From: Candidatus Hermodarchaeota archaeon
Lineage (GTDB): Archaea > Asgardarchaeota > Thorarchaeia > Thorarchaeales > Thorarchaeaceae
Length of the DNA: 64,000 bases
Assembly: GCA_048885865.1 (NCBI GenBank)
Contig: JBHLLF010000012.1
Span: 274 to 64,273 of the forward strand
Direction of reading: 5' to 3'
Shown here: positions 9,488-19,256 of the stretch, in pieces
Layout: the number at the start of each line of letters is the position of its first letter
How positions within the stretch are numbered: the first letter of the stretch is position 1
Notes under the pieces: model-generated
Told to the model about the DNA's origin: nothing
The model's input: the letters and a program-made list of their open reading frames with translations, nothing else
Database searches by the model: none
Program-made: the position numbers and the translations under genes

Positions 9488-10516
9488 TCAACTCTTCTGG
9501 ATGGCCTGAGTTGGCATCAAATAGTCCCACGGATCTTCACCGAGGACCAACTGGGTGAATGACTCGTCCGTGTTCACATTGGTCACTGTTTCCATTCTTC
9601 CACGTGCCTCAACAGATTCACCAGCAAAGACTTGTTCTGTGAATCTTCCTCGAAAACTAATCAATCTCTGCAGATTGGTCATGTCAGATTCTATAGTATA
9701 GATGCATGGAGTGAATATCGAATCAGTGTCATCTAAGACTACACACTTGACTGTCTGGATGCCCTTATCTCGGATGATTAGGTCCTCATACATATGTTCT
9801 ATCTCGTCAGGAAGCTTGACCATTCTGATGAAGAAGTCATATGACCTAAACAATCCTTGGAGGACCTTTTTAGATTCAATCTTCTGCAATGCTTCTTCCC
9901 ATTGATTATGTCTATCCCATCTAAATTGCACATGCTTCTTTAACCGAATTCCATGATATCGTTCTAATCCTGCGAATGAGTCAAATTTGTCCCTAAGCAC
10001 ACTATGTATCCTTCTTGCAGGTTCTGATCCATAGACAACAAGGTCAATGTCAGATTTTTGGCTAGAAAGGCCCACAAGTTGAGAGCCTGTAAGTCCAACG
10101 TCCGACCATTCTATTCCGCCCAACTCCACAAGGAGTTCAGCAAGAGTAAGGGACGCTCTTTCCAAGCCAGTGACATGTGTTCCCATATCGAGAAGCTGTC
10201 GCAATCCATCTATCGGACTCAGAACGAATGAAACACGGTCTCTTGGAACAGCCTGAAATTGCCGTCCACGGTTTTCATCGAGCCAGAGATACTGGGGATA
10301 CTCTCTGTGAAGAATCTCCTCTCGTTCCTTCAAATTGTACACCTTTCTGAACCGAGTCCCACTTCTTGACTGGCGATCTCCATGCTTGTCCTGAATGTAG
10401 CGCAGGTACGCAATGATTCTCTCCTTGGGATGGATGACTCCTTTCACTTCGAACAGAAGATTATCATCGGTCATTATGAAATAACCCTCAACAGGTGTAA
10501 CACTCAAAGGATTCAT
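9488..10516 (-). CDS. Predicted archaeal nucleotidyltransferase (COG1665-like)
   Basis: GLTGS...SDIDLVVYG polymerase-beta superfamily motif; C-terminal OB-like segment. Confidence 0.75.
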   Translation of the reverse strand: MNPLSVTPVEGYFIMTDDNLLFEVKGVIHPKERIIAYLRYIQDKHGDRQSRSGTRFRKVYNLKEREEILHREYPQYLWLDENRGRQFQAVPRDRVSFVLSPIDGLRQLLDMGTHVTGLERASLTLAELLVELGGIEWSDVGLTGSQLVGLSSQKSDIDLVVYGSEPARRIHSVLRDKFDSFAGLERYHGIRLKKHVQFRWDRHNQWEEALQKIESKKVLQGLFRSYDFFIRMVKLPDEIEHMYEDLIIRDKGIQTVKCVVLDDTDSIFTPCIYTIESDMTNLQRLISFRGRFTEQVFAGESVEARGRMETVTNVNTDESFTQLVLGEDPWDYLMPTQAIQKS

Positions 10517-10579
10517 CGATTTCTGAACACAAGGCCAACAATTAAAGAGACCTCTGCTAACAAGCTGACTGTGGTGGAA

Positions 10580-11782
10580 ATGGATATCAAGGCAGATTTC
10601 GGCGTGTATGATGCAGAACCAGAACTGGTGTATCTTGATTCAGCAAGTACAACCTTGGTTCCTCGGACTGCTGCTGATGCCACATACAGATTTCTCAACA
10701 CAACAGTATCATCCGCTAGAAGAGGTGCCTATAGACTGACTGTTGATGCCAGTTCCATGACCGAGAATGTCCGCAGGTCATTAGCAGAATTCATGGCTAC
10801 TGATAAGTCACAAGTGTCCTTCCAGAAATCTATCCCGACGGCAGTTGCATCTTTTGCATACGGATTTGACTGGAAAGGGGCAAATCGGAGCAAGATTATA
10901 ATTGCTCAGAGCGAAGAGCATTCAATGCTTGTCACCCTCCTGAGGATAGCTCAGATATTGGACCTTCAAGTTGAAACTGTTCCGTTGTCCCCTGATGGCG
11001 ATTTGAATATGTCAGAACTTGACAAAGCAGTCAACGCAGAAACAGGAGTTGTTGCAGTCAGTCATGTGACCGTGGGGGCTGGTATAACAAACCCCATTGA
11101 AGAAGTAGCTAAAATCTGTCAAGAACATGAAGCAGTACTTCTCACAGATGCAACACGATCCATGGGCGTGACAGACACAACTTTCTCATCCCTACATGCC
11201 GACGTAGTAGTATGTTCAGCAAATGTCGGTCTGATGGCTCCCCCTGGACTGGCACTACAGTGGATTCGAAAGGATCTTGGAGAAACCCATGAGCCTGGTG
11301 TAATTGGTGGTTCTGCAGTCGCCAATGTTGAAGCTCAGTCATTCGAGATTGCTCTCCAACCAGACAAATTCGAATCAGGCATGCTTAATCTCCCAGCGAT
11401 AGCAGGTCTAGGCGCTTCACTTGATTATCTTCGAGAACTAAGAAATCAGGGTCAGTTCAAGCACATGAAGGCACTTGCCGCCTACACCTATGACGCGCTC
11501 AGCGAAATAGAAGGAATAACTCTCTACGGTAATCCTACCAGGGAGAACAATATCTTTGGATTCAATATCGGCGACGAGAATGGAATCAATTGCCACGAGA
11601 TTGCTCTCTTCCTTGATGACTCAAATATCGCGGTCAGAAGTGGACTGGTCTGCGCTCATCCACTTGTCAAGCCATTCTCGGAGGAGGGTCTTGTTCAAGT
11701 GTCACTACACGCATACAACACCATCGAGGACATTGACCGACTGACTGACTCGCTCTTGATGATCATCAAGGAACTCCTATGA
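10580..11782 (+). CDS. SufS/cysteine desulfurase-like class V aminotransferase fold, catalytically divergent
   Basis: YLDSASTT, FESG..N and RSGLVCAHP motifs; SANV replaces SGHK; probable ATG at 10580. Confidence 0.8.
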   Translation: MDIKADFGVYDAEPELVYLDSASTTLVPRTAADATYRFLNTTVSSARRGAYRLTVDASSMTENVRRSLAEFMATDKSQVSFQKSIPTAVASFAYGFDWKGANRSKIIIAQSEEHSMLVTLLRIAQILDLQVETVPLSPDGDLNMSELDKAVNAETGVVAVSHVTVGAGITNPIEEVAKICQEHEAVLLTDATRSMGVTDTTFSSLHADVVVCSANVGLMAPPGLALQWIRKDLGETHEPGVIGGSAVANVEAQSFEIALQPDKFESGMLNLPAIAGLGASLDYLRELRNQGQFKHMKALAAYTYDALSEIEGITLYGNPTRENNIFGFNIGDENGINCHEIALFLDDSNIAVRSGLVCAHPLVKPFSEEGLVQVSLHAYNTIEDIDRLTDSLLMIIKELL

Positions 11783-11796
11783 TTCCATGAAAGGGC

Positions 11797-12054
11797 TTAA
11801 CCAACACCAAAAACGGGAGGATACATGACGAAGTACTGCACGATTACAGCAAGAAGTACCCCACTCATCACCAGACCTTTACCACGTTTCGAGTTTACTT
11901 CTGTGAACCATAGAATTGCTCCCGCGAGGACAACTATCGCTGCGGAAACCCCACCTATGAAAATTAGGAAGTCCCATATTTCCGCAAAGTAACCTGCTAT
12001 CAGGTTTGCAAAGTCGGCCAATGGACTAAGTAAATATGCAAGCATTGGTTTCAC
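11797..12054 (-). CDS. Small two-helix membrane protein (VirB2/TrbC/CedA1-like pilin candidate)
   Basis: Two hydrophobic helices separated by a basic loop (SKRGKG); an internal Met at residue 4 is an alternative start. Confidence 0.55.
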   Translation of the reverse strand: MKPMLAYLLSPLADFANLIAGYFAEIWDFLIFIGGVSAAIVVLAGAILWFTEVNSKRGKGLVMSGVLLAVIVQYFVMYPPVFGVG

Positions 12055-12091
12055 ACACTAGATAATCCAAGGAAGTGTAGATTTAAAGTCC

Positions 12092-13915
12092 TCAAAGAAC
12101 AGTCACAGACTTTGCTAAGTTCCGAGGCTTGTCCGGATCATAGCCCTTTCTCCGAGCCATATAGTAGCTGAAGAGTTGAAGTGGCACAATGTAGGGCATC
12201 ACAGAAAACTCAGAATCAATTCCTTTGGGTATAGTAAATACGTAGTCAGAGAGACTTTCCAGCTCCTCATCACCCCTCTCGATAACTGAAATGATTGCTG
12301 CTCCCCGAGCTTTCATTTCCATGATATTCCCGATGAGTCTGTTTCTGGTTTCATCTCTTGGCGCGATGAAAACCACAGGATATCCATCATGGACTAATGC
12401 AATAGGTCCATGTTTAGACAGTCCGGCTGAATAAGCTTCTGCATGATTATATGCTATCTCCTTTAGTTTGAGAGCCCCCTCTTCAGCTGTAGCCTGAGAT
12501 ATACCTCGTCCTAGAAAGAGAAGACTTGGCCTGTCATGGAACATACCTGCAAGGCGCCTAGCTTGTTCTTCATTTCTTGAGATGACCTCTGAAATAACCT
12601 CTGGAAGTTTCTTCAGACTCTCACGTTTCATCTCCAAAAGTTTCCTATCTACAATCCCAGTCATCTCTCCAAGCACCAGAGCTATCTGGGCCAATGCCGT
12701 AAGCTGAACCATGAAAGTCTTGGTAGCGGCTACTCCGATTTCTGGACCAGCCTGAGTGATGATTGTGTGGTCGGCTATTCGCGTTATTGAGCTCCCAACA
12801 ACATTAGTGACAGCTAGCACCTTTGTTCCGAATGTTTTCGCATACTTCACAGCAAAGATAGTGTCCGTCGTTTCTCCTGATTGTGTGATAGCTATTATGC
12901 AGTCATCTTCAGACAAAGCATTATACACTGTATCAGGAAAATCACTGGCAAGTTCAAATCTAGGTAACACTCCACCAAGAGACGCGAACATATGCTTTCC
13001 AGCTATCGCTGCATGTCCAGATGTACCCATTGCTAGGATGTAGATATTCTTGCTTTCAAGAATCAATTTGGCAGCCTGCTGCAGAACTTCCGGTCTCAGT
13101 CTCAATGTGTTTCTAATTGCATCGGGCTGCTCATGTATCTCTTTCAACATGAAGTGAGGAAATCCACCCTTCTGCGCCTGATCTGCGGTCCAACTGATTT
13201 CGATAGATTCTCTCTCCACTGTGCTTCCATCAGAGAGCTTCTTAATCTCAACATTATCTGTAGTCAGTGTTGCGACTTCTCCATCAAGGAGCAAAATCAT
13301 GTCATTAGTCATCGGCAAGAATGCAGGGATGTCAGATGATACGTAGGTGGCCTCCTCCTTTCTCCCTAAAACAAGGGGATTCCCATCACGAGTACAAACA
13401 ATCTTACCTGGCTCTTTTATCATCATGGCAACAATGGCATATGTACCTTCGATTCTCCTAGTGACCTCCGTAATCGCCTCAGTCAGATTCATGCCATCAG
13501 CGACATAATCCTCAATCATGTGAGGAATGACTTCAGTGTCGGTTTCAGAGCCGAATTTGTGTCCTTTCGACGCAAGCTCCTTTCTAAGTTCTAAGAAGTT
13601 GTCAATGACTCCATTATGCACAACAGCAATCTGATTACTGCAATCGAAGTGCGGATGAGAGTTATACATTGACGGTATTCCATGAGTCGCCCAACGAGTA
13701 TGCCCAATTCCGATACTACCAGGCATCTCGTCAAGATTGAGCTTCATGTGGACCTCCTCAATCTTACCCTTGTCCTTCTTCATGTGCAGCTTGTTGTCTG
13801 AAATGGTTGTTACGCCCACAGAATCGTATCCGCGATATTCAAGGCGCTTCAATGCTTGGTGCAGAAACGGAGCTACTTGACCACGTTTCTGAACGACACC
13901 TATTATACCACACAT
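12092..13915 (-). CDS. glmS: Glutamine-fructose-6-phosphate aminotransferase
   Basis: N-terminal MCGI, GHTRWATHG, two SIS domains, PRNLAKSVTV. Confidence 0.97.
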   Translation of the reverse strand: MCGIIGVVQKRGQVAPFLHQALKRLEYRGYDSVGVTTISDNKLHMKKDKGKIEEVHMKLNLDEMPGSIGIGHTRWATHGIPSMYNSHPHFDCSNQIAVVHNGVIDNFLELRKELASKGHKFGSETDTEVIPHMIEDYVADGMNLTEAITEVTRRIEGTYAIVAMMIKEPGKIVCTRDGNPLVLGRKEEATYVSSDIPAFLPMTNDMILLLDGEVATLTTDNVEIKKLSDGSTVERESIEISWTADQAQKGGFPHFMLKEIHEQPDAIRNTLRLRPEVLQQAAKLILESKNIYILAMGTSGHAAIAGKHMFASLGGVLPRFELASDFPDTVYNALSEDDCIIAITQSGETTDTIFAVKYAKTFGTKVLAVTNVVGSSITRIADHTIITQAGPEIGVAATKTFMVQLTALAQIALVLGEMTGIVDRKLLEMKRESLKKLPEVISEVISRNEEQARRLAGMFHDRPSLLFLGRGISQATAEEGALKLKEIAYNHAEAYSAGLSKHGPIALVHDGYPVVFIAPRDETRNRLIGNIMEMKARGAAIISVIERGDEELESLSDYVFTIPKGIDSEFSVMPYIVPLQLFSYYMARRKGYDPDKPRNLAKSVTVL

Positions 13916-13995
13916 CTACAAGGTCCTCAGGCTCTCTATGGATGCACAACAGTAACTCTACACCAAAAAGGGTTTGTGTAGATGACACAAATGTC

Positions 13996-14307
13996 CTAAC
14001 CAGTGAGTTCGATCTCAATATAGACAGAATCCGGGATTCGTACACGCATAATTTGACGAATCGCACGTTCGTCTGCATCGATGTCAATCAGACGCTTGTG
14101 AATTCTCATTTCCCACTTGTCCCATGACTCAGATCCTTGTCCACATGGAGTTTTGCGTGTGGGAATGACCATTCTTCGTGTAGGCAACGGAATTGGGCCC
14201 GACATTCGGACCCCTGTCTTGCGAGTTATGCGTCTAATCTGATTACAGACCCCGTCTAGGTGTTCTGTACTCGTGCTTGACAGTCGAATCCGTGCTTTCT
14301 GGGTCAT
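13996..14307 (-). CDS. rps10: 30S ribosomal protein uS10
   Basis: [27 protein letters not shown]; start MTQKAR at 14307. Confidence 0.97.
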   Translation of the reverse strand: MTQKARIRLSSTSTEHLDGVCNQIRRITRKTGVRMSGPIPLPTRRMVIPTRKTPCGQGSESWDKWEMRIHKRLIDIDADERAIRQIMRVRIPDSVYIEIELTG

Positions 14308-14385
14308 TATAGGTTCAGCCTCGTCCTCGAGGTAGATGACGCAACGGAATTTCATTCGGATAAAAAGGTTGTCTTGTGTAGCGGC

Positions 14386-14403
14386 TTGGAACACGTGTTC
14401 TTA
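14386..14403. repeat. Palindromic motif TTGGAACACGTGTTCTTA, copy 3
   Basis: Lies in the divergent rps10/ipk promoter region. Confidence 0.8.
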
Positions 14404-14461
14404 CAATCTAGATAACAATGTCCATAAGTATGAAGACGACCAAACGAAACAAGTGTTGCAT

Positions 14462-15259
14462 GTGAATAGCCTTACAATAGTAAAGCTGGGAGGATCCGTC
14501 ATAACTCACAAGGGTATGTTTCCTCCCACAGTCAATCAGAAGAATTTGTCCCGTATTGCTCAAGAATTAAAGACTTCCACCGGTCCGCTGATTATTATTC
14601 TAGGTGGCGGTGCACATGGACATCAAGCGGCTCACAGGCATGGCTTTGGTGATCCACTAACTTCGTCAGAGCAATTACTTCAGGGAATCCCATCAATACG
14701 TCATAATATGTCAGTCCTTTCAACTGCAGTCGAGCAAAGTCTGAATGAGGCAGGCATTCGTGGAGTTGTAATATCACCCTTTCTTATAGCCAGCCTAGAT
14801 AACAAGGAAATTGTCAGCTTTCAAACATCAGTCATTGAGAAGGCAATTCGGTCCAGCCTCACTGTCATCACACATGGAGATGTCTGCTTTGACGAATCTC
14901 TTGGTGCTTCGATTCTCAGTGGTGATACAATTGCTGTCTATCTTGCTAAAAAGCTAAGAGCCACTTCTCTCTACATTGGAACAGATGTAGACGGAGTTCT
15001 TGAGGAAGATCCTCAGACCAATCCAAAAGCAGCGCATATAGAGGTAATCGATGCAACCAACATAGACGCCATTCTTGACGGAGCTGGTCCATCCTCAGCT
15101 ACAGACGTTACAGGCGGAATGGAAAAGAAACTTGGCGACATCTTCACACTGGCTGGTCTTGAAATTGACATAGCAATATTTAATCTTGGAGTACCCAATC
15201 GATTGTCCGCTTTGCTTTCTGGAAAGACCACTCGATGCACAAGAATTCGACTTCAATGA
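14462..15259 (+). CDS. ipk: Isopentenyl phosphate kinase
   Basis: KLGGSVIT, GGGAHGH, HGDV, ILSGD and DVTGGM..K motifs; probable GTG at 14462. Confidence 0.9.
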   Translation: MNSLTIVKLGGSVITHKGMFPPTVNQKNLSRIAQELKTSTGPLIIILGGGAHGHQAAHRHGFGDPLTSSEQLLQGIPSIRHNMSVLSTAVEQSLNEAGIRGVVISPFLIASLDNKEIVSFQTSVIEKAIRSSLTVITHGDVCFDESLGASILSGDTIAVYLAKKLRATSLYIGTDVDGVLEEDPQTNPKAAHIEVIDATNIDAILDGAGPSSATDVTGGMEKKLGDIFTLAGLEIDIAIFNLGVPNRLSALLSGKTTRCTRIRLQ

Positions 15260-18200
15260 TTACTGTCCAGCCGCGCTGGCCACAGAAACATACTCTGAGA
15301 AATCATAGAGTAGGATGTTGTCCGGCATAACCACTGTTTCTTCCAGATATTCAGCAGCAGTTAATACACAGACAATTCTTTCTGACTTGCAAGTCCTACA
15401 TGCAATATCACTTTGAAGGTGAAGCAGCGTGTTGAGCTGTTGCTGATTTGGAAAGACAACGTACGAAACGCCATTTGTACAAAGATCATAGTAGCCATGA
15501 TTACGGGAAACCGAATTCTGCCGCTTTCGTAGTTCCTTTTCGAGAGCATTAACAGCTGAATCCTTGAGTTTTCCTAGTTCGCCAGAGTTCACAATCCAGA
15601 GCCCTTCCTCCAAATCGATGAAATCAAGACCATTTCCAACACGCAGAGCCATCAAGACTTCATCCGCTAGCAACTCTGTCAGTGCACGCTTTCCTTCCTC
15701 CATATTCATTGGAGTGGTTTTCCCCTTAAGCGATTGAAGGGCGGTTGTTTCAATGAACTCTAGTAAGACATTCCATTCAGTTCTGCCATTCGACAAATCC
15801 ACGAAATCCTGTATCAACTGAAACCATAGTCGCATCTGTATTGCACGGTTTGTCGCAGTTCCAACGCCATGCATAGCGCCAATGAGATTCATTCCAACAT
15901 CCGCCTTAGCCTTATCCTCGCTAGTTGTCAAATCTACATTAGTTGAGGTTCCCATTGCTAGATTCTCAATCATTGCATCAAGTGAACTGGGAAATGCCGA
16001 AACTATGCTTACTGAGTCAAACTCATTTGTTTCACTCATCACCTCCCTGAGCTTGGCCGCAGCAACACTCCCTCTGACGACAACAATTAGTTCGATGAAA
16101 TCATTACCTAGATTGCTCATGTAACTCCGAATTCTAGTCACCGTTACCTTCATTGATGATGCTTTGAGATGCTGAGGAAGTATCAAAATGGCCCTGTCGT
16201 CGAGAACGATATCTGGTCCATCATCTAGATTTCGTTCCCATGTGACATCATACAAGCCAAGTTTCTCGATAATATAGTCAGTTATTACCATTCTTACTGC
16301 ATCAAGTCCTCTTCCCGGCAAAGTAAAAATGAAATCGCCTGGCACAATTGGCAAAGCTTCTCTCTCAATTGTCCCCAATGATACCAAGTCACGAATGACT
16401 TCGCCTATGTCATCACTTTCCATTCTTGAATCGATTGCTGTCAGAATCTCCTCCATTTCAGCTTGAGTAGCCATATTTCGAGAGGCAAGAAATGCTACAA
16501 TATGCGATCCCAATTCCCCCAAACGATCATATACCGCTCCCATTGGTTTCGAAGAAGAGCCATTGCTGCCATATTGAACTGTTGTATCATGTTCCAGAGA
16601 GGCATCTTTGGGTTCTATAATTGCTCCTTCATCATGAGGTTTTGACTCAAAAGGCGATTTCTCAAGAATGCTGGTCATTTCAAATGGTTGCGTTGCAATC
16701 TCGAACGGTTCTGTCCCAGGCAAGACAATCAGTGCTCTTCCACGCTTTAGTGTCTTAAGGTACCGTTCTTGTTCCTCATCAAGGGACATGAATCTGGCAC
16801 CAATGGGACTATCATAGGGAAGTCGAAAAGCAATTTTCGTAGCTGTGTTTGCCAGAATATTCGAAGACACATTCGGTCGAGTTGATATCACAACTACACC
16901 TTGCCCCGTTGCTCGTTGGAGCATAACCATAGACTCTCCGGTGGTGACATCTGCAGCTGTATGTCTCGTATAGCTTTCAGGTACAAGATTACTGGCTTCT
17001 TCGAGAACCACTAGATGATGAAGACCTGGCTTTATCCCTCTGTGCAATGCGTAGTCAAAGATGCGTTTAGCTATGAGATTATACAGCAAACGAGCGGCAT
17101 CCATTCCACCCGTCCTAGCAACATACTGCAGGTCAAGAATCACACGCTTATCCATAAGATTCGAAATCTTTACTGCATCTCGACCGCCACTTAGAATGGT
17201 CCCAAGTGGTTCTCTGGATAGAATCTCCAGACGATTAAGGAGTGCATCTCTAGTCATGATAGCTGTCCGATCCTTTCCTGCAAGGTCTGATACCTCACGA
17301 ATCAATGCTTGAATCGAGTTGTCATTATTTGATGCACGCGCAATCTCTAGAACTGCCTCACGAAGAAGCTTTTCCATTGCAGGCGAGAGTTCTGAAGAAA
17401 CACCTCTCTCGTTTAGGAGCTCTCTCAATATTGCAAAGGTTGTATATGCATGCTTTTCCCCAGAATCAGTTTCTGGATCCATGAAATCAATCACGAATGA
17501 TGGATCTACTCCGGGTTTCAATACAAGGACATCATTGTCACAGAGGTTTACTAATTCTTGATATTCAGATCCCTTTACATCAAAGATCCACCATGGAACA
17601 CTCGACTTCTTACTTAGTTCAGCAATAAGGTGTTTCACCAGAGTAGTCTTTCCGGTACCAGTTGCTCCAAGTACAGCTACATGTTCCCGAAGCCATTCCG
17701 GTTTCAAACCGACATCATTTATTCGGCGCCCGCCAAAGACAGCTCTTGCAATGACAAACTCATTACTCACCAACTTTCTTGATGGAATTGAAAAGGTGGG
17801 CGCAGGGGATGCGGCAATGACAGGTAACTGCTGGACCGGTGTATTCAAGAAAGCTACCAATCTACTCACATGAGTCCTTTGTGACGCAATATGTCTTCTA
17901 AGAAGGAGTTTGTAGGCTACACCCTTCCCTATGGTTTTAGGTTTCAATTTGACTTTGCTATCTCCTCCCCATATTGAGTGAACGACACCACACACCGCTT
18001 CTTGAATGCTTGAAAGCTGTTTGGAACTGTCTGTTCTTATCGCAAGAGAAACTGAGGAATCAAACCAGCTGGTATTTCCCTGTATCTCCTCATAATCGCG
18101 TAGCAGCTTCTTTTTCTCTGAATGGTCTGCCAGGGAGTCTTCGTTCCGTTTTTCTTTTTCACGAATTGTTTTCCATTGCCCTTCCAGTTTTCTCTGTTCA

Positions 18201-19036
18201 CGCCCAGGTTTGGCCTTCGAAAAGACGCATGTGAGACTTACATCATATCCTTGCCTAAGCGAAGTTGAGAGGAAAGTCCCAATCTGCGAGCTTTCCAGAC
18301 TGGGCGCGACTCGTGGCTCTCCATTAATTAGCAACAATGCAGTATGCAGCTCTCTGGATAAGTTCCCTTCCAAGTTAAGAGAAAGGATGCCTGATACGGC
18401 GTCCATGAGGCTCTTTCCTCTAAGCTGATGGAGTTCCACATTGCTAAGAGAGGATATCAATATGGCCTCGGCTCGAGTCGCCTCATGTCTAAGAATACTC
18501 CCAATCTCTTCCTCATTCTTGCCTATTCCAGTTATGAATATCCGTAGAAAGGCTTCGCCCCTCGAAACACCCGCTTCATATGCCATACTGACCTTCTCAT
18601 TCATTCCTGCACGAAGTGCTAGAAGGAATGCAGTAGCATATTCTGGCCGATCATTCCGAGCAACATGGACCGAGCCAGGCGCAGATATGATATCAAGACA
18701 ACATGTTGCCACAGTATGGTTTCCAACGTTCATTGACACTAAATCATCATCTAAGACCGCAGTCAATGTTTGCTCAAAAGTTATCTTTCTGCGAGCCACT
18801 AGTACGCCCATTAATATCGGACCTATGGAGATTATGATTTCAATGAACAGTTTCGATGGGATTGAAACTGGGGTGATCAGTCCTAGTAACGGGAGCAAAT
18901 AGACTACTATGAAGTAGAAAGATGAGATAGCAATGCCAGTAAGCCATCCGAGCTCAATCCATCTCCATAGTCCTGGAAGACTCTTCCTAGATGGCATTCT
19001 AAATCGGCCTCCCTCGCTCAATTCATGACTGGACAC
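15260..19036 (-). CDS. Large membrane-anchored VirB4/HerA-like ATPase
   Basis: Two N-terminal TM segments, HVAVLGATGTGKT, FDVKGSEY, Walker B LVVLEEA, long C-terminal extension. Confidence 0.8.
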   Translation of the reverse strand: MSSHELSEGGRFRMPSRKSLPGLWRWIELGWLTGIAISSFYFIVVYLLPLLGLITPVSIPSKLFIEIIISIGPILMGVLVARRKITFEQTLTAVLDDDLVSMNVGNHTVATCCLDIISAPGSVHVARNDRPEYATAFLLALRAGMNEKVSMAYEAGVSRGEAFLRIFITGIGKNEEEIGSILRHEATRAEAILISSLSNVELHQLRGKSLMDAVSGILSLNLEGNLSRELHTALLLINGEPRVAPSLESSQIGTFLSTSLRQGYDVSLTCVFSKAKPGREQRKLEGQWKTIREKEKRNEDSLADHSEKKKLLRDYEEIQGNTSWFDSSVSLAIRTDSSKQLSSIQEAVCGVVHSIWGGDSKVKLKPKTIGKGVAYKLLLRRHIASQRTHVSRLVAFLNTPVQQLPVIAASPAPTFSIPSRKLVSNEFVIARAVFGGRRINDVGLKPEWLREHVAVLGATGTGKTTLVKHLIAELSKKSSVPWWIFDVKGSEYQELVNLCDNDVLVLKPGVDPSFVIDFMDPETDSGEKHAYTTFAILRELLNERGVSSELSPAMEKLLREAVLEIARASNNDNSIQALIREVSDLAGKDRTAIMTRDALLNRLEILSREPLGTILSGGRDAVKISNLMDKRVILDLQYVARTGGMDAARLLYNLIAKRIFDYALHRGIKPGLHHLVVLEEASNLVPESYTRHTAADVTTGESMVMLQRATGQGVVVISTRPNVSSNILANTATKIAFRLPYDSPIGARFMSLDEEQERYLKTLKRGRALIVLPGTEPFEIATQPFEMTSILEKSPFESKPHDEGAIIEPKDASLEHDTTVQYGSNGSSSKPMGAVYDRLGELGSHIVAFLASRNMATQAEMEEILTAIDSRMESDDIGEVIRDLVSLGTIEREALPIVPGDFIFTLPGRGLDAVRMVITDYIIEKLGLYDVTWERNLDDGPDIVLDDRAILILPQHLKASSMKVTVTRIRSYMSNLGNDFIELIVVVRGSVAAAKLREVMSETNEFDSVSIVSAFPSSLDAMIENLAMGTSTNVDLTTSEDKAKADVGMNLIGAMHGVGTATNRAIQMRLWFQLIQDFVDLSNGRTEWNVLLEFIETTALQSLKGKTTPMNMEEGKRALTELLADEVLMALRVGNGLDFIDLEEGLWIVNSGELGKLKDSAVNALEKELRKRQNSVSRNHGYYDLCTNGVSYVVFPNQQQLNTLLHLQSDIACRTCKSERIVCVLTAAEYLEETVVMPDNILLYDFSEYVSVASAAGQ

Positions 19037-19256
19037 TGCGTCATCACCCGTCCGGAGTTAGAGCACTGTGAATGCCTCTTGCGAATCCACAGTCTACCCT
19101 TGGTGATTTACAATTACATATGAACTCCCCCAGAATCTGATAGTTCGGTAGGAGATTAAAAACTCGAATACAGACTCATGAGAGAATTCAGAACACGCTA
19201 TGCATGAGGCTTTTGCATAGCTGCAATCTATTTCACAAGAAACGAGGTGACTGCAT

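Noticed and set aside
10382-10579. Long N-terminal extensions in the ORF track (SufS-like, iorB, rps10, ipk, rfcS, UPF0148, rps15)
   Set aside because: They overlap neighbours or promoters; family homology starts at downstream start codons
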